Position numbers and translations under genes: made by a program
Notes under the pieces: generated by a model
Seen by the model: only the letters and a program-made list of their open reading frames with translations
What the model was told of the DNA's origin: nothing
Databases searched by the model: none
Sequence record: SRR2962707_2090
Strand: one strand, 5' to 3'
DNA: 44,093 nt
Shown here: one piece after another, positions 27,521 through 35,698 of the stretch
Position numbering within the stretch: the first letter of the stretch is position 1
Layout of the letters: each line of letters starts with the position of its first letter

Positions 27521-27546
27521 GTTAATCGCTCTTTAACATTATGTTA
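27521..27546 (-). promoter_or_regulatory. LysR-type operator, copy 3 (porin)
   Basis: Minus strand TAACATAATGTTAAAGAGCGATTAAC, same spacing as copies 1 and 2. Confidence 0.65.
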
Positions 27547-27614
27547 TTCAGACAAAAAACCTGATAAAAATTTAAAAAATCCTTTTTTTCAAGAAAAAAC
27601 AATATCAAACCTTT

Positions 27615-29102
27615 TTATAACCGACCCCAATAGAAGTCCTCCCGCCAATAACGGAACTTGCCGAAATCGCCGTGATTCTGCGGCACGCTGTCGTCGTTGG
27701 CGGGAAACACTTTCAGGTGAGCGTTGCCGGCATCACGGTAGAACGGCAGCAGATGACGGGCGTTGGTCCAGCGGCCGGAGCGGCGGTCCAGCATGTGATC
27801 CGGTTGCGTCAGCATGTCATCCAGCCACACCAGCAAACTGCCGTTGGGAATCAGGAAATAGCCGCGCACTTCCCGTTCTTCACTGGTGGGATGCAGAACC
27901 AGATTATAGAACGCCACCTTCGGATCGTCCGCGTGGGCTTTCAGCCAGGGATAGGTTTTGTCGATCCAGTTGCGGCTGCTGTCGGCGGCCCCCATATGGA
28001 TGATGGTTTTATACGGCAGTTGCGGGTACAGGGACACCAGCTCGTTGGCGACGATGGCACCCATACTGTGCCCCACCAATGTGATTTCCATGGTCATGCC
28101 CGCCGGTAACCGCCGGTTCAGCTCATCAAGACGCCGTGCCAGCACCGCCACCACGCCATTGCCTTCCACCGCGCAATCGTTACCACAATAGTCCTCGTTG
28201 TAGCCAAGCACGTCCGCTTCCATGGTGGTCAGATGCTTGGTGCGCCGCAGCATCATGCTCCAGGCCGGTGTCCCGAGGCCCTGCACCGCCGGCGTGGTCA
28301 CCAGACGGACCACGCCCGGCACCACCTGCCCGGTGCGATACAGCGTCTGATCCAGGAAGGAATAGGGCTCGCTCTCCGGCCAGTACAGGGCCTCATCGTC
28401 CTGGTAGTCGGGCCGGTCCCGATCCATGCCGCGCTGTCTCGCGTCAGCGGCGGCGATGCTGTTGGCGGTCACGTCCCAACCGGTTTCCGGAAATTTCACC
28501 AGACCGCTCAAGGTGTCGCTCAGGGTATAAACCGTGCCTCGCACCGGGGCCATCGGGCCACGGGCAATGCCACCGTTACGCACCGAGGTGAAGCGGTCCC
28601 AGAACGAGACAAAAGCACCAGAGCGCCAACTGACATAGAGCGGATAAAAACCGTCACACTCCATCTCCGCCAGATAACGGTCCAGGCGTTCGTCGTTATA
28701 ACTGGGGTGGTTAAGACCGCCATGGAAAAACAACAGTACCTTGAGCGTGTCTCCGCCACGTCCCTTTTCCCGCCGCGCCCGCGCCAGCATGTCTGCTTCA
28801 ATGTCGTCCAACAGAGCCTGGTAGCGGGCATATAGATTACGGTTGCCGGCATCATCCTGGGGGACAACACCACGCTCGGCCTGGAACCGGTCCATTGATT
28901 TGAAGTCGGCCTGTTCGATGGAATACGGATCATAGGCCCCGTTGAGGTCGCTGCCGATGTGGTGCAGGCGATTGGGGTCGCCCTGATCGTATTGGGGTTT
29001 GGGGAAAAGCCGGGCGCAGCCGGACAACATCATCAGGCTAACGGCAAGCAGCACTACACCTGACAAACGGGTCCGGCCAGTCACGATGCAGGTGGCTGGC
29101 AT
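27615..29102 (-). CDS. Lipoprotein with alpha/beta-hydrolase fold, substrate unknown
   Basis: Lipobox LSGC (Cys29), FFHGG, GHSMG nucleophile elbow, C-terminal NHG. Confidence 0.72.
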   Translation of the reverse strand: MPATCIVTGRTRLSGVVLLAVSLMMLSGCARLFPKPQYDQGDPNRLHHIGSDLNGAYDPYSIEQADFKSMDRFQAERGVVPQDDAGNRNLYARYQALLDDIEADMLARARREKGRGGDTLKVLLFFHGGLNHPSYNDERLDRYLAEMECDGFYPLYVSWRSGAFVSFWDRFTSVRNGGIARGPMAPVRGTVYTLSDTLSGLVKFPETGWDVTANSIAAADARQRGMDRDRPDYQDDEALYWPESEPYSFLDQTLYRTGQVVPGVVRLVTTPAVQGLGTPAWSMMLRRTKHLTTMEADVLGYNEDYCGNDCAVEGNGVVAVLARRLDELNRRLPAGMTMEITLVGHSMGAIVANELVSLYPQLPYKTIIHMGAADSSRNWIDKTYPWLKAHADDPKVAFYNLVLHPTSEEREVRGYFLIPNGSLLVWLDDMLTQPDHMLDRRSGRWTNARHLLPFYRDAGNAHLKVFPANDDSVPQNHGDFGKFRYWREDFYWGRL

Positions 29103-29170
29103 ATCGAAATCCTTTTTGTATTGTTATGTGGTTCTGGTCATTCCCGCCCTGAATAAAGCACAGTCAAAAA

Positions 29171-29186
29171 TGTGACGTCAATCACA
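29171..29186. promoter_or_regulatory. CRP/Vfr-family binding site upstream of lipoprotein gene
   Basis: aaaTGTGA-cgtcaa-TCACA, perfect TGTGA-N6-TCACA core. Confidence 0.65.
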
Positions 29187-29189
29187 GAA

Positions 29190-30185
29190 TCAGCGCTCCC
29201 CGTGGCCAAGCATCGCCGTGGCTTCTCGGCCGGCCAGTGCCAGAAGACAGCCACCTCCGACCAGCAAATACAGATAAAAGGTCATGAAACGCCACACCAG
29301 CAACACCGTGGCGGTGGTCACCGCTCCCAGCCAGGGGGTCAGTAAGGCGGCGCCGGCAACCTCAGCCCCGCCGGCGCCACCGGGCAGCAAGGTCAGATAC
29401 CCTGCTCCCATCGCCATCATCTGTACAAAGAAGCCGTACACCCAGTCCACATGTTTGCCCAGCGCCAGAACGGTGAGATAAATCACCGAATAACGCAGCA
29501 ACCAGTGCGCCAGACACAGACCGAACAGGGCCATCAACCGGCGGCGCGGCACTCGCAGTGTTTCCACCATGCTCTGGCGAAAGCGCAGCAGCGCCCGTGC
29601 CAGGGCGCGCCGTCGCCGCAGCGGCACCTGCCAGCGTTCCAGCCAAGGGTCGGTGAACCGCAGGATGTCACTGAACCGGTTCGCCACCAGCCAGCACAGC
29701 AACAGTGCCAGCCCCAGCAGTACCATCGGTAAAACCAGTTGCCACCAGCCCTCCAAATCCAGATAACGGCTCAACCCATACAGCGCCACTGTCGGCAATA
29801 ACACCAGAAACACCACCAGGTCGGTGATCTGATCCACCGCGAACACCGCCGCGGCGGTGGCCGGTGTCACCTGGTAGCGGCGCAGCAGCGCCACCAGCGT
29901 AAAGGGCGCGCCACTACCGCCGGGGGTGGCGTTAAGCGCGCATTCGGTGGCCATCACCGTGGCGAGCGCACCGCCGTGGCCCAGCCCTTCGGCGCGCTCC
30001 GCCAGCATGATGCGCAGCCGCCAGGCATTGAGGTTCCAGCACAGGAAGATCATCGCCACCATCAGCAGCAACCAACCCGCCGGAATAAGCGTCAGCCCGT
30101 GAAAGGCGCCGGCGCCCCCCAGCACCAGCGGCACCAGCGCGCCCAGCCCCAGAGCCAGGAGCAACAGCCACCAGCGGCGCCTCAC
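29190..30185 (-). CDS. Lysylphosphatidylglycerol-synthase TM / flippase-like membrane protein
   Basis: Multi-TM, NATPGGSG and LLPGGAGGAE, WRFMTFY; GTG overlaps upstream TGA. Confidence 0.82.
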   Translation of the reverse strand: MRRRWWLLLLALGLGALVPLVLGGAGAFHGLTLIPAGWLLLMVAMIFLCWNLNAWRLRIMLAERAEGLGHGGALATVMATECALNATPGGSGAPFTLVALLRRYQVTPATAAAVFAVDQITDLVVFLVLLPTVALYGLSRYLDLEGWWQLVLPMVLLGLALLLCWLVANRFSDILRFTDPWLERWQVPLRRRRALARALLRFRQSMVETLRVPRRRLMALFGLCLAHWLLRYSVIYLTVLALGKHVDWVYGFFVQMMAMGAGYLTLLPGGAGGAEVAGAALLTPWLGAVTTATVLLVWRFMTFYLYLLVGGGCLLALAGREATAMLGHGER

Positions 30186-30955
30186 ACCGCCTCCCCTGTC
30201 AACTCGTCCAGCCATTGGGATTTGGTCAACGCCCGGCGGCACCCGGCCAGCCGCTCAATGGTGGCGATCCAGGCCCGCCGCGAGCGTTGGTGGCGCATGT
30301 CCACCGGGTGCACCGCCAGACGCAATACCGGTGCGGCGCGATGCGCCCATTCGCGTGCCCGATTGACCCCCTGGAACAGCCCGCGGCGCCACGGCGAGCG
30401 AGCGGACCATACCAGTGTCGGTGTCGCCAGAAACAGGCCGCTGCCCGGACAATGGAAACCGTCCCGGTCAGTCCAATAAGAAAACCCGGCCTCGGCGATG
30501 GCGGCGCGGGAGCCGGCGCTGGTCATCCATCCCGGTGGCACGAAGCCGCGGGCCGGCCAGCCGAGCTGGTGAAACATCGCCAGACCTCGCTGTATGCGCG
30601 CTGCCGCCGTTTCTCCGTCGAGGGCGGCGAACTCGCCTTCGTGCGTCAACAACCGCCGGCGCACCCAGCCTCCCGGCGTGGTCGGTGGCGGGCTGTCGTC
30701 ATGATGGAAATAACCGTGCAGCACCAGCTCGTCACCGCGTCGGCGGCGCTGTTCCAGCGCCTGACAAAAAGGCTCGTCGTCGATAAAGCGCCCGCCGCCA
30801 TGAAAGTCCGGCACCACCAGCAACGTCAGCGGAATTCGCGGGTGGCGCTCTAGAGCACGCAACAACGGTTGATAATCCGCCCAGGTCGCCGGACACACAT
30901 CGTGCAGCGACAACAGGAAGGCGCTGTCGGGACGGGAATCAGGTCTGGGGGCCAT
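30182..30955 (-). CDS. DUF2334/polysaccharide-deacetylase-like protein
   Basis: SLHDV, LLVVPDFH, LHGYFH, EGEF, GFVPPGW, RLAVHP. Confidence 0.82.
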   Translation of the reverse strand: MAPRPDSRPDSAFLLSLHDVCPATWADYQPLLRALERHPRIPLTLLVVPDFHGGGRFIDDEPFCQALEQRRRRGDELVLHGYFHHDDSPPPTTPGGWVRRRLLTHEGEFAALDGETAAARIQRGLAMFHQLGWPARGFVPPGWMTSAGSRAAIAEAGFSYWTDRDGFHCPGSGLFLATPTLVWSARSPWRRGLFQGVNRAREWAHRAAPVLRLAVHPVDMRHQRSRRAWIATIERLAGCRRALTKSQWLDELTGEAV

Positions 30956-32069
30956 GGTGTTCCGATATCCGCGTTTCAGGACGAGCGCCAATCAGCCTGC
31001 GGTAGTGGCGCACCAGACTGTCCACTACCTTGTCCCAGCCATGCTCCGCTTCCACATGGCGGCGGGCGCGCTCGCCCATGGCCACCGGATCGTGCTCCTC
31101 GAACAAGACGCGTACCGCCGCCGCCATGGCCACCCCGTCATGGGGAGGCACCCTTAATCCGCAGTCCTCCGGCACCACTTCCGGCAAGGCGCCACCGTCG
31201 GCGCAAATCACCGGGATGCCCGAAGCCATCGCCTCCAGCGCCACCAGACCGAAGGTTTCCTGATCTCCGGCATGCAGCAGCGCATCCGATGACGCCAGCC
31301 AGACCGCCACTTCCGCCGCTGGCATGAAATGCTCGAATACCGTGGCGTTACCCGGCGCCTCCGGTTGCGGCCCGGTCCCGATCAGCAACAAGTGGTAACC
31401 CGAACCCAGTTCCCGCAAGGCGTCGAACAACACCGGCAGATGTTTTTCCTGGGAGCCCCGGCCGGCGAACACCAATAACCGTTCGTGCTCTCCGAGTCCC
31501 AGCCGCGCCCGGGCCAGAGGGTCGGCCCGATTGGGGTGAAAAACGTGGGCGTCCACGCCAAGCGGCTGGATTTCCACATTATGCAGTCCACAGTCCCACA
31601 GCCGCTCGGCCATCACCCGGGACGGGCTCAGCACCAGGTCGAATCCGTCGTACAGCTTCCGGACGTAGGCGCGGGTGGCACCGTCCAGCATTGGGCTGAT
31701 GCGGTTGTGCAGGAGCGTGATCAGATCGGAGTGATAAAACGCCACCGCTGGCACATCCAGCATTCGGGCCGCCCGGAGCGCCGCCCAGGCGGGCGTGTAG
31801 GGATCGCCGGCCTCGATCAGATCCGGTTGCAAACCGGCGATGATATGACTCCACAACCCCACCCGGGTTGGGAAGCGGAAGCCCGGCGCCATCGGCAGGT
31901 TGAGTGCCGGCAGTTGTACGAAATCACCCTGCAGCACCGTCTCCGCGCCCGGGTACACCACCTTATGTTCCATGTCCCTGGCCAACAGTCCCCTGCGCTT
32001 GCTGTCCACATAGGTATGCACCCCGCCGCTGGACTGCGCATAAAACAAAGTGGTATCGACGACTCTCAA
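30939..32069 (-). CDS. GT4-family glycosyltransferase
   Basis: SGGVHTYV, FYHSD, FAGRGSQEK, ETFGLVALEAMASG; TTG start with AGGAG SD. Confidence 0.9.
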   Translation of the reverse strand: MRVVDTTLFYAQSSGGVHTYVDSKRRGLLARDMEHKVVYPGAETVLQGDFVQLPALNLPMAPGFRFPTRVGLWSHIIAGLQPDLIEAGDPYTPAWAALRAARMLDVPAVAFYHSDLITLLHNRISPMLDGATRAYVRKLYDGFDLVLSPSRVMAERLWDCGLHNVEIQPLGVDAHVFHPNRADPLARARLGLGEHERLLVFAGRGSQEKHLPVLFDALRELGSGYHLLLIGTGPQPEAPGNATVFEHFMPAAEVAVWLASSDALLHAGDQETFGLVALEAMASGIPVICADGGALPEVVPEDCGLRVPPHDGVAMAAAVRVLFEEHDPVAMGERARRHVEAEHGWDKVVDSLVRHYRRLIGARPETRISEHHGPQT

Positions 32070-32255
32070 GCGTGACTCCTTTCTCCCGCCTGTGGTGAGC
32101 GCCCCGGGACCGCACCGATTTGTGACCCGGTAATGACCCGGGGGTTTCAATATTGTGATAGGACGAACGGCGCAAGCGTTCAATAGGAAAGGAGGAAAAA
32201 TTTCACAACCCCGCGAATTCCCTGAGGCCGGACTGGTAAAGGGTTGTAAAACGCG

Positions 32256-33017
32256 TCAGCGGGCGCGCAGCGGGTCCTGGCGATAGAATTGCGCCAGCTG
32301 GCCATAGACCTCCGGCAGAATCTGTTCGAGAGGCTCCGGTGTCTCGAAAAAGCTTTCCGTGATCACGGCGAAGAATTCCCCCGGATCCTGCAGGGCATAG
32401 GGATCGAGGAAAGGCTCCCCGTCCCGCTCCGCCTGTTCCAGCGCGCTCCAGGCCCGCGTGAAGGTATCATGCCAGACCCGGGCATCCATGCCGTGGTGCA
32501 GAGGAGGCGCGCCGTTGGCGCTGCCGCTGCGCATATCCAGCTTGTGTGCCATCTCGTGCAGCACCACATTGAACCCCGGCTCCGATGACGCCGCCTGCAC
32601 GTCCTGCCAGGACAGCAGCACCGGCCCCCGGTCCCAGGCTTCGCCGGCCAGCACCCGTCCCTCACTGTGAACAATGCCGAACTCGTCCATTTCATCGCCG
32701 GGTGTGACGAAAGCGTCCTCGTAGACGATCACCGTGTACCAACCGTCATACCAATCCAGATCCAGGCCCATGATCATCACCACCGCCATGGTGGCGATCT
32801 TCAATTCCATGGCCGGAGTCACCTGGAAATCACCGCCGCCGCGAAACTCCTTACGCAACAGGAAGCGCAACGTCTGCTGGAACAGCCTCTCGCGGCGCTC
32901 TCCCTGGTAACGCCGTGCTGGCGCCCAGTCGGCAATGGCGTCTTCCCATTGTTCCCGGGTCACCGGCAAACGGGCCAAACGTCGGTTTTCCAGCCACAGA
33001 CGGGTACGGTCAAACAT
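32256..33017 (-). CDS. mtfA: MtfA/peptidase M90 zinc-dependent peptidase
   Basis: GEAW..GPVLLSW, NVVLHEMAHKLD (HExxH), DPYA...PGEFFAV..ESFF, FYRQDP. Confidence 0.85.
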   Translation of the reverse strand: MFDRTRLWLENRRLARLPVTREQWEDAIADWAPARRYQGERRERLFQQTLRFLLRKEFRGGGDFQVTPAMELKIATMAVVMIMGLDLDWYDGWYTVIVYEDAFVTPGDEMDEFGIVHSEGRVLAGEAWDRGPVLLSWQDVQAASSEPGFNVVLHEMAHKLDMRSGSANGAPPLHHGMDARVWHDTFTRAWSALEQAERDGEPFLDPYALQDPGEFFAVITESFFETPEPLEQILPEVYGQLAQFYRQDPLRAR

Positions 33018-33272
33018 GAGAGGTCCAGCAGGTGGAACAGGGTCGCGCGGAAGCGCTCAGGCAGCTTGCCCCGTTCCCGCCACACGTACAAGCACGGAAC
33101 GATTGCAGGCTGTTTCAGCACACCCACACGCCGATTCGCTGGCAAACCAGCGGATCGGCCTGGCGTGTTGCATGAGCGGCGATTGTCGTGCTGCCCCCTC
33201 CGCCTCCTGCTACACTTCGTTCCTGCGTCCGTGCTGATGCTTTTTCCGCTTTTATCCCTGGGAGAGAAAACA

Positions 33273-33740
33273 ATGGTGTTGTCCATGGCCGTGCCTTTGG
33301 TGCTGCATATACTGGCGGCGGTGATTTGGGTTGGCGGCATGTTTTTCGCCTACATGGCTTTGCGCCCCGCCATGGGCGCCACTCTGGATCCGGAGTCCCG
33401 GCCACGCCTGTGGCTGCACACGCTGGACCGTTTTTTCCGCTGGGTATGGGGTTGCGTGGCGGTGCTGCTGATCACCGGCCTGTGGATGGTGTTCGGTGTC
33501 TATGGCGGCATGGGTTCCACTGGCGCCTATGTGCATACCATGCTGGCGCTGGGCCTGGTAATGATGGCGCTGTTCGCCCACGTCTACTTTGCGCCCTTTC
33601 GCCGCCTGCGCCAGGCGGTAACGGTCCGCCATAACGCCGACGCCGCGTTTCAGATCGGACAGATCCGGCGCATTGTCGGCATCAACCTGCTGCTGGGTCT
33701 GCTGGTGATCAGCATCGCCGCCGCCGGCCCCTATTTCTAA
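33273..33740 (+). CDS. 4-TM membrane protein, CopD-like family
   Basis: LHILAAVIWVGGMFF; GGAG SD before ATG 33273; the ORF-track extension to 32667 overlaps mtfA and is not used. Confidence 0.75.
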   Translation: MVLSMAVPLVLHILAAVIWVGGMFFAYMALRPAMGATLDPESRPRLWLHTLDRFFRWVWGCVAVLLITGLWMVFGVYGGMGSTGAYVHTMLALGLVMMALFAHVYFAPFRRLRQAVTVRHNADAAFQIGQIRRIVGINLLLGLLVISIAAAGPYF

Positions 33741-33856
33741 GAGTCTGTTTCGGATCCAGCGATGCCACGGCCTGGGCCGTGGCCGGTGAAGCCGCCATGC
33801 CGCCGTGCTAGAATCCGCATCGCCGTGCAATGCGGCCCCACACTTGTAGCGGAGTT

Positions 33857-34825
33857 ATGGCCCTTCCCAGTTCGACCAAATCGGATCTTCTGCTGGTCTG
33901 CGTGACCTTGCTGGCGGCGGTCAGTTGGATGTTCTCCAAGGAGGCGGTGTTACTGATGCCGCCTCTTCTGTTCATGTGTCTGCGTTTCCTGCTGGCCGGC
34001 CTGATTCTGGCGTTGGTGGGTCATCGGCAATTGCGCCGCATGAACCGGGACAAATATTGGCGCAGCGTCCAGGTAGGCATGGTGTTCGGCACCGCCATGA
34101 GTTTCTGGATCATGGGATTGCACTACGGCAATCACGTCGGTGAAGGCGCTTTCATCACCAGCCTTGGCGTGGTGCTGGTCCCGGTCATGGCGCGCCTGGT
34201 GTTCAAGGAGCAGCCGCCGCTGAGTACCTGGCTGGCCCTGCCGGTGGCGGTGTGCGGGCTGGCGCTACTGTCGCTGGATGGCGGTTTCCAGGCTGAACTG
34301 GGGCAATTGTTCTTCCTTGCCTCGGCGATGATTTTCGCCCTGTTTTTCACCCTCAATACCCGCGCCGCCAATAACGCCACCATCACCGGCAGCGGCGGCC
34401 GGATCACCACCCGGGAACGGGTACCGGCACTGGCGCTGACCTCGGTGGTGCTGGTTACCGTGGGCCTGGTCACCGGCACCGCGTCCCTGTTGCTGGAGCC
34501 TTGGCGCCCCACTTTCCATTCCGGCGAACTGGGGCTGGTGATCGCCGCCTGGGTGATCGCCAGCGCCACCCTGGGCACCGCCGCGCGTTTCTTTCTGCAG
34601 ACCTACGCGCAGAGCTTGTCCATGCACAGTCATGGCGTGGTAATCATGATCCTGGAGCCGATGTGGACCGCGCTGCTGGCCGCCCTCTGGTTCGGTGAGA
34701 CCATGAGCGCCACCCAACTGGGCGGCTGCGCGATGATCTTCCTGGCGCTGCTGGTCAACCGCTGGGGCGCGATACGGCGAGTGCTAAAGCGCTGGATCGA
34801 TCAGCGCCGGGCCGCCCGCGCATGA
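33857..34825 (+). CDS. EamA/DMT-family transporter
   Basis: About 10 TM, LRFLLAG, AFITSL, ILEPMW..LLAALWFGE; GGAG SD before ATG 33857. Confidence 0.88.
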   Translation: MALPSSTKSDLLLVCVTLLAAVSWMFSKEAVLLMPPLLFMCLRFLLAGLILALVGHRQLRRMNRDKYWRSVQVGMVFGTAMSFWIMGLHYGNHVGEGAFITSLGVVLVPVMARLVFKEQPPLSTWLALPVAVCGLALLSLDGGFQAELGQLFFLASAMIFALFFTLNTRAANNATITGSGGRITTRERVPALALTSVVLVTVGLVTGTASLLLEPWRPTFHSGELGLVIAAWVIASATLGTAARFFLQTYAQSLSMHSHGVVIMILEPMWTALLAALWFGETMSATQLGGCAMIFLALLVNRWGAIRRVLKRWIDQRRAARA

Positions 34826-35067
34826 TCCAACCGGACCGTGGCGGCCCGCTACTGGTACTGGCAGTGGTCAGCCTGTTGTTGTTCGCCCCATTGGGACCGG
34901 TGGTCTGGTGGTGGGCACACTGGGATCTGCGGGCCATGGCCGAAGGTCGCATGGATCCCACGGGCCGGCCCTCGACCTTATGGGCCCGGGGCCTGTCCAT
35001 GGCGGCCACCTTGCTTTTAGCCATGATGTTGATTGGAGTCCTGATTGCTTTAATTTCAATGATATAG
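34822..35067 (+). CDS. Small 2-TM membrane protein (DUF4190-like)
   Basis: ATGA overlap with EamA; two hydrophobic stretches around DLRAMAEGRMDPTGR. Confidence 0.55.
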   Translation: MIQPDRGGPLLVLAVVSLLLFAPLGPVVWWWAHWDLRAMAEGRMDPTGRPSTLWARGLSMAATLLLAMMLIGVLIALISMI

Positions 35068-35240
35068 GCAATCTTATTAAGGCCAATTCTATATCACGAT
35101 TTCGATTTTCCACTGCGCTCATTGAAGTCGATCCTCGCCGCCCCCATTTGATCGCGCTACCATCCACTATTGTCCAGCAGCAGCCTGGATCAAGCCGGTT
35201 CAACCTGGCGACCTGAGTTCACCACCACCGGATATTCGAT

Positions 35241-35624
35241 TTGGCCGTACCGCCGTCCCGCAGCCTTCGCTCCCACCGCCGTGCCCCGGCGGGGAGCCTG
35301 CTCGCCCATCTGCTATGGGTGCTGATGCTGCTTGCCGCGCCGCATTCCGGCCAGGCATTGGACACCCGCGAAGGCGGACCGCACACCCGGCCCCTGGACG
35401 GTGCCGCTCAACTTGCTTTGCCCTCCGGGTATCAGGTCCGTTGCGACGCTTTCGCCGCTGATCACCACGACGACAACGCGGCTCCGTTACCCTGGCTGCC
35501 GTCGGCGGCGCCGTCACCGTCGCGCCCCGGCCCACCTCCCCTGAACCGTCCCCTGGTGGCGGCGGTTGTCGAGCACCATCGGCCACAGGATCCCCGCGCC
35601 CCACCCGCGTTCTCCACGCTCTGA
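35241..35624 (+). CDS. Secretion-monitor leader / translation-arrest peptide (RAPP motif, ApdP/ApdA-like) upstream of secDF
   Basis: Basic n-region and hydrophobic LLAHLLWVLMLLAA signal, Pro-rich linker, DPRAPPAFSTL* C-terminus, ends 74 nt before secDF; TTG start has a weak SD. Confidence 0.8.
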   Translation: MAVPPSRSLRSHRRAPAGSLLAHLLWVLMLLAAPHSGQALDTREGGPHTRPLDGAAQLALPSGYQVRCDAFAADHHDDNAAPLPWLPSAAPSPSRPGPPPLNRPLVAAVVEHHRPQDPRAPPAFSTL

Positions 35625-35695
35625 CCCCAACAACACCGCCACATGGCGGCGCCTTCGGGCGCGCGCCCGGCGGAGAGTGGTTTTAATGGAGAACG
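35608..35695 (+). promoter_or_regulatory. SD-sequestering stem controlling secDF translation
   Basis: CGTTCTCCA (35608-35616) is the exact reverse complement of TGGAGAACG (35687-35695), which contains the SD; internal hairpins include CGCC-TTCG-GGCG. Confidence 0.75.
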
Positions 35696-35698
35696 AAC

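Noticed and set aside
5783-27614. Mobile genomic island with att sites
   Set aside because: No integrase, transposase, tRNA or convincing direct repeat seen at either edge; acquisition remains an inference
27443-28003. 186-aa ORF starting in the AT-rich spacer
   Set aside because: Runs through the porin upstream region and antisense to the lipoprotein gene; no recognisable domain
32667-33272. N-terminal 202-aa extension of the 357-aa ORF
   Set aside because: Overlaps mtfA on the opposite strand; a good SD and ATG at 33273 define the real gene
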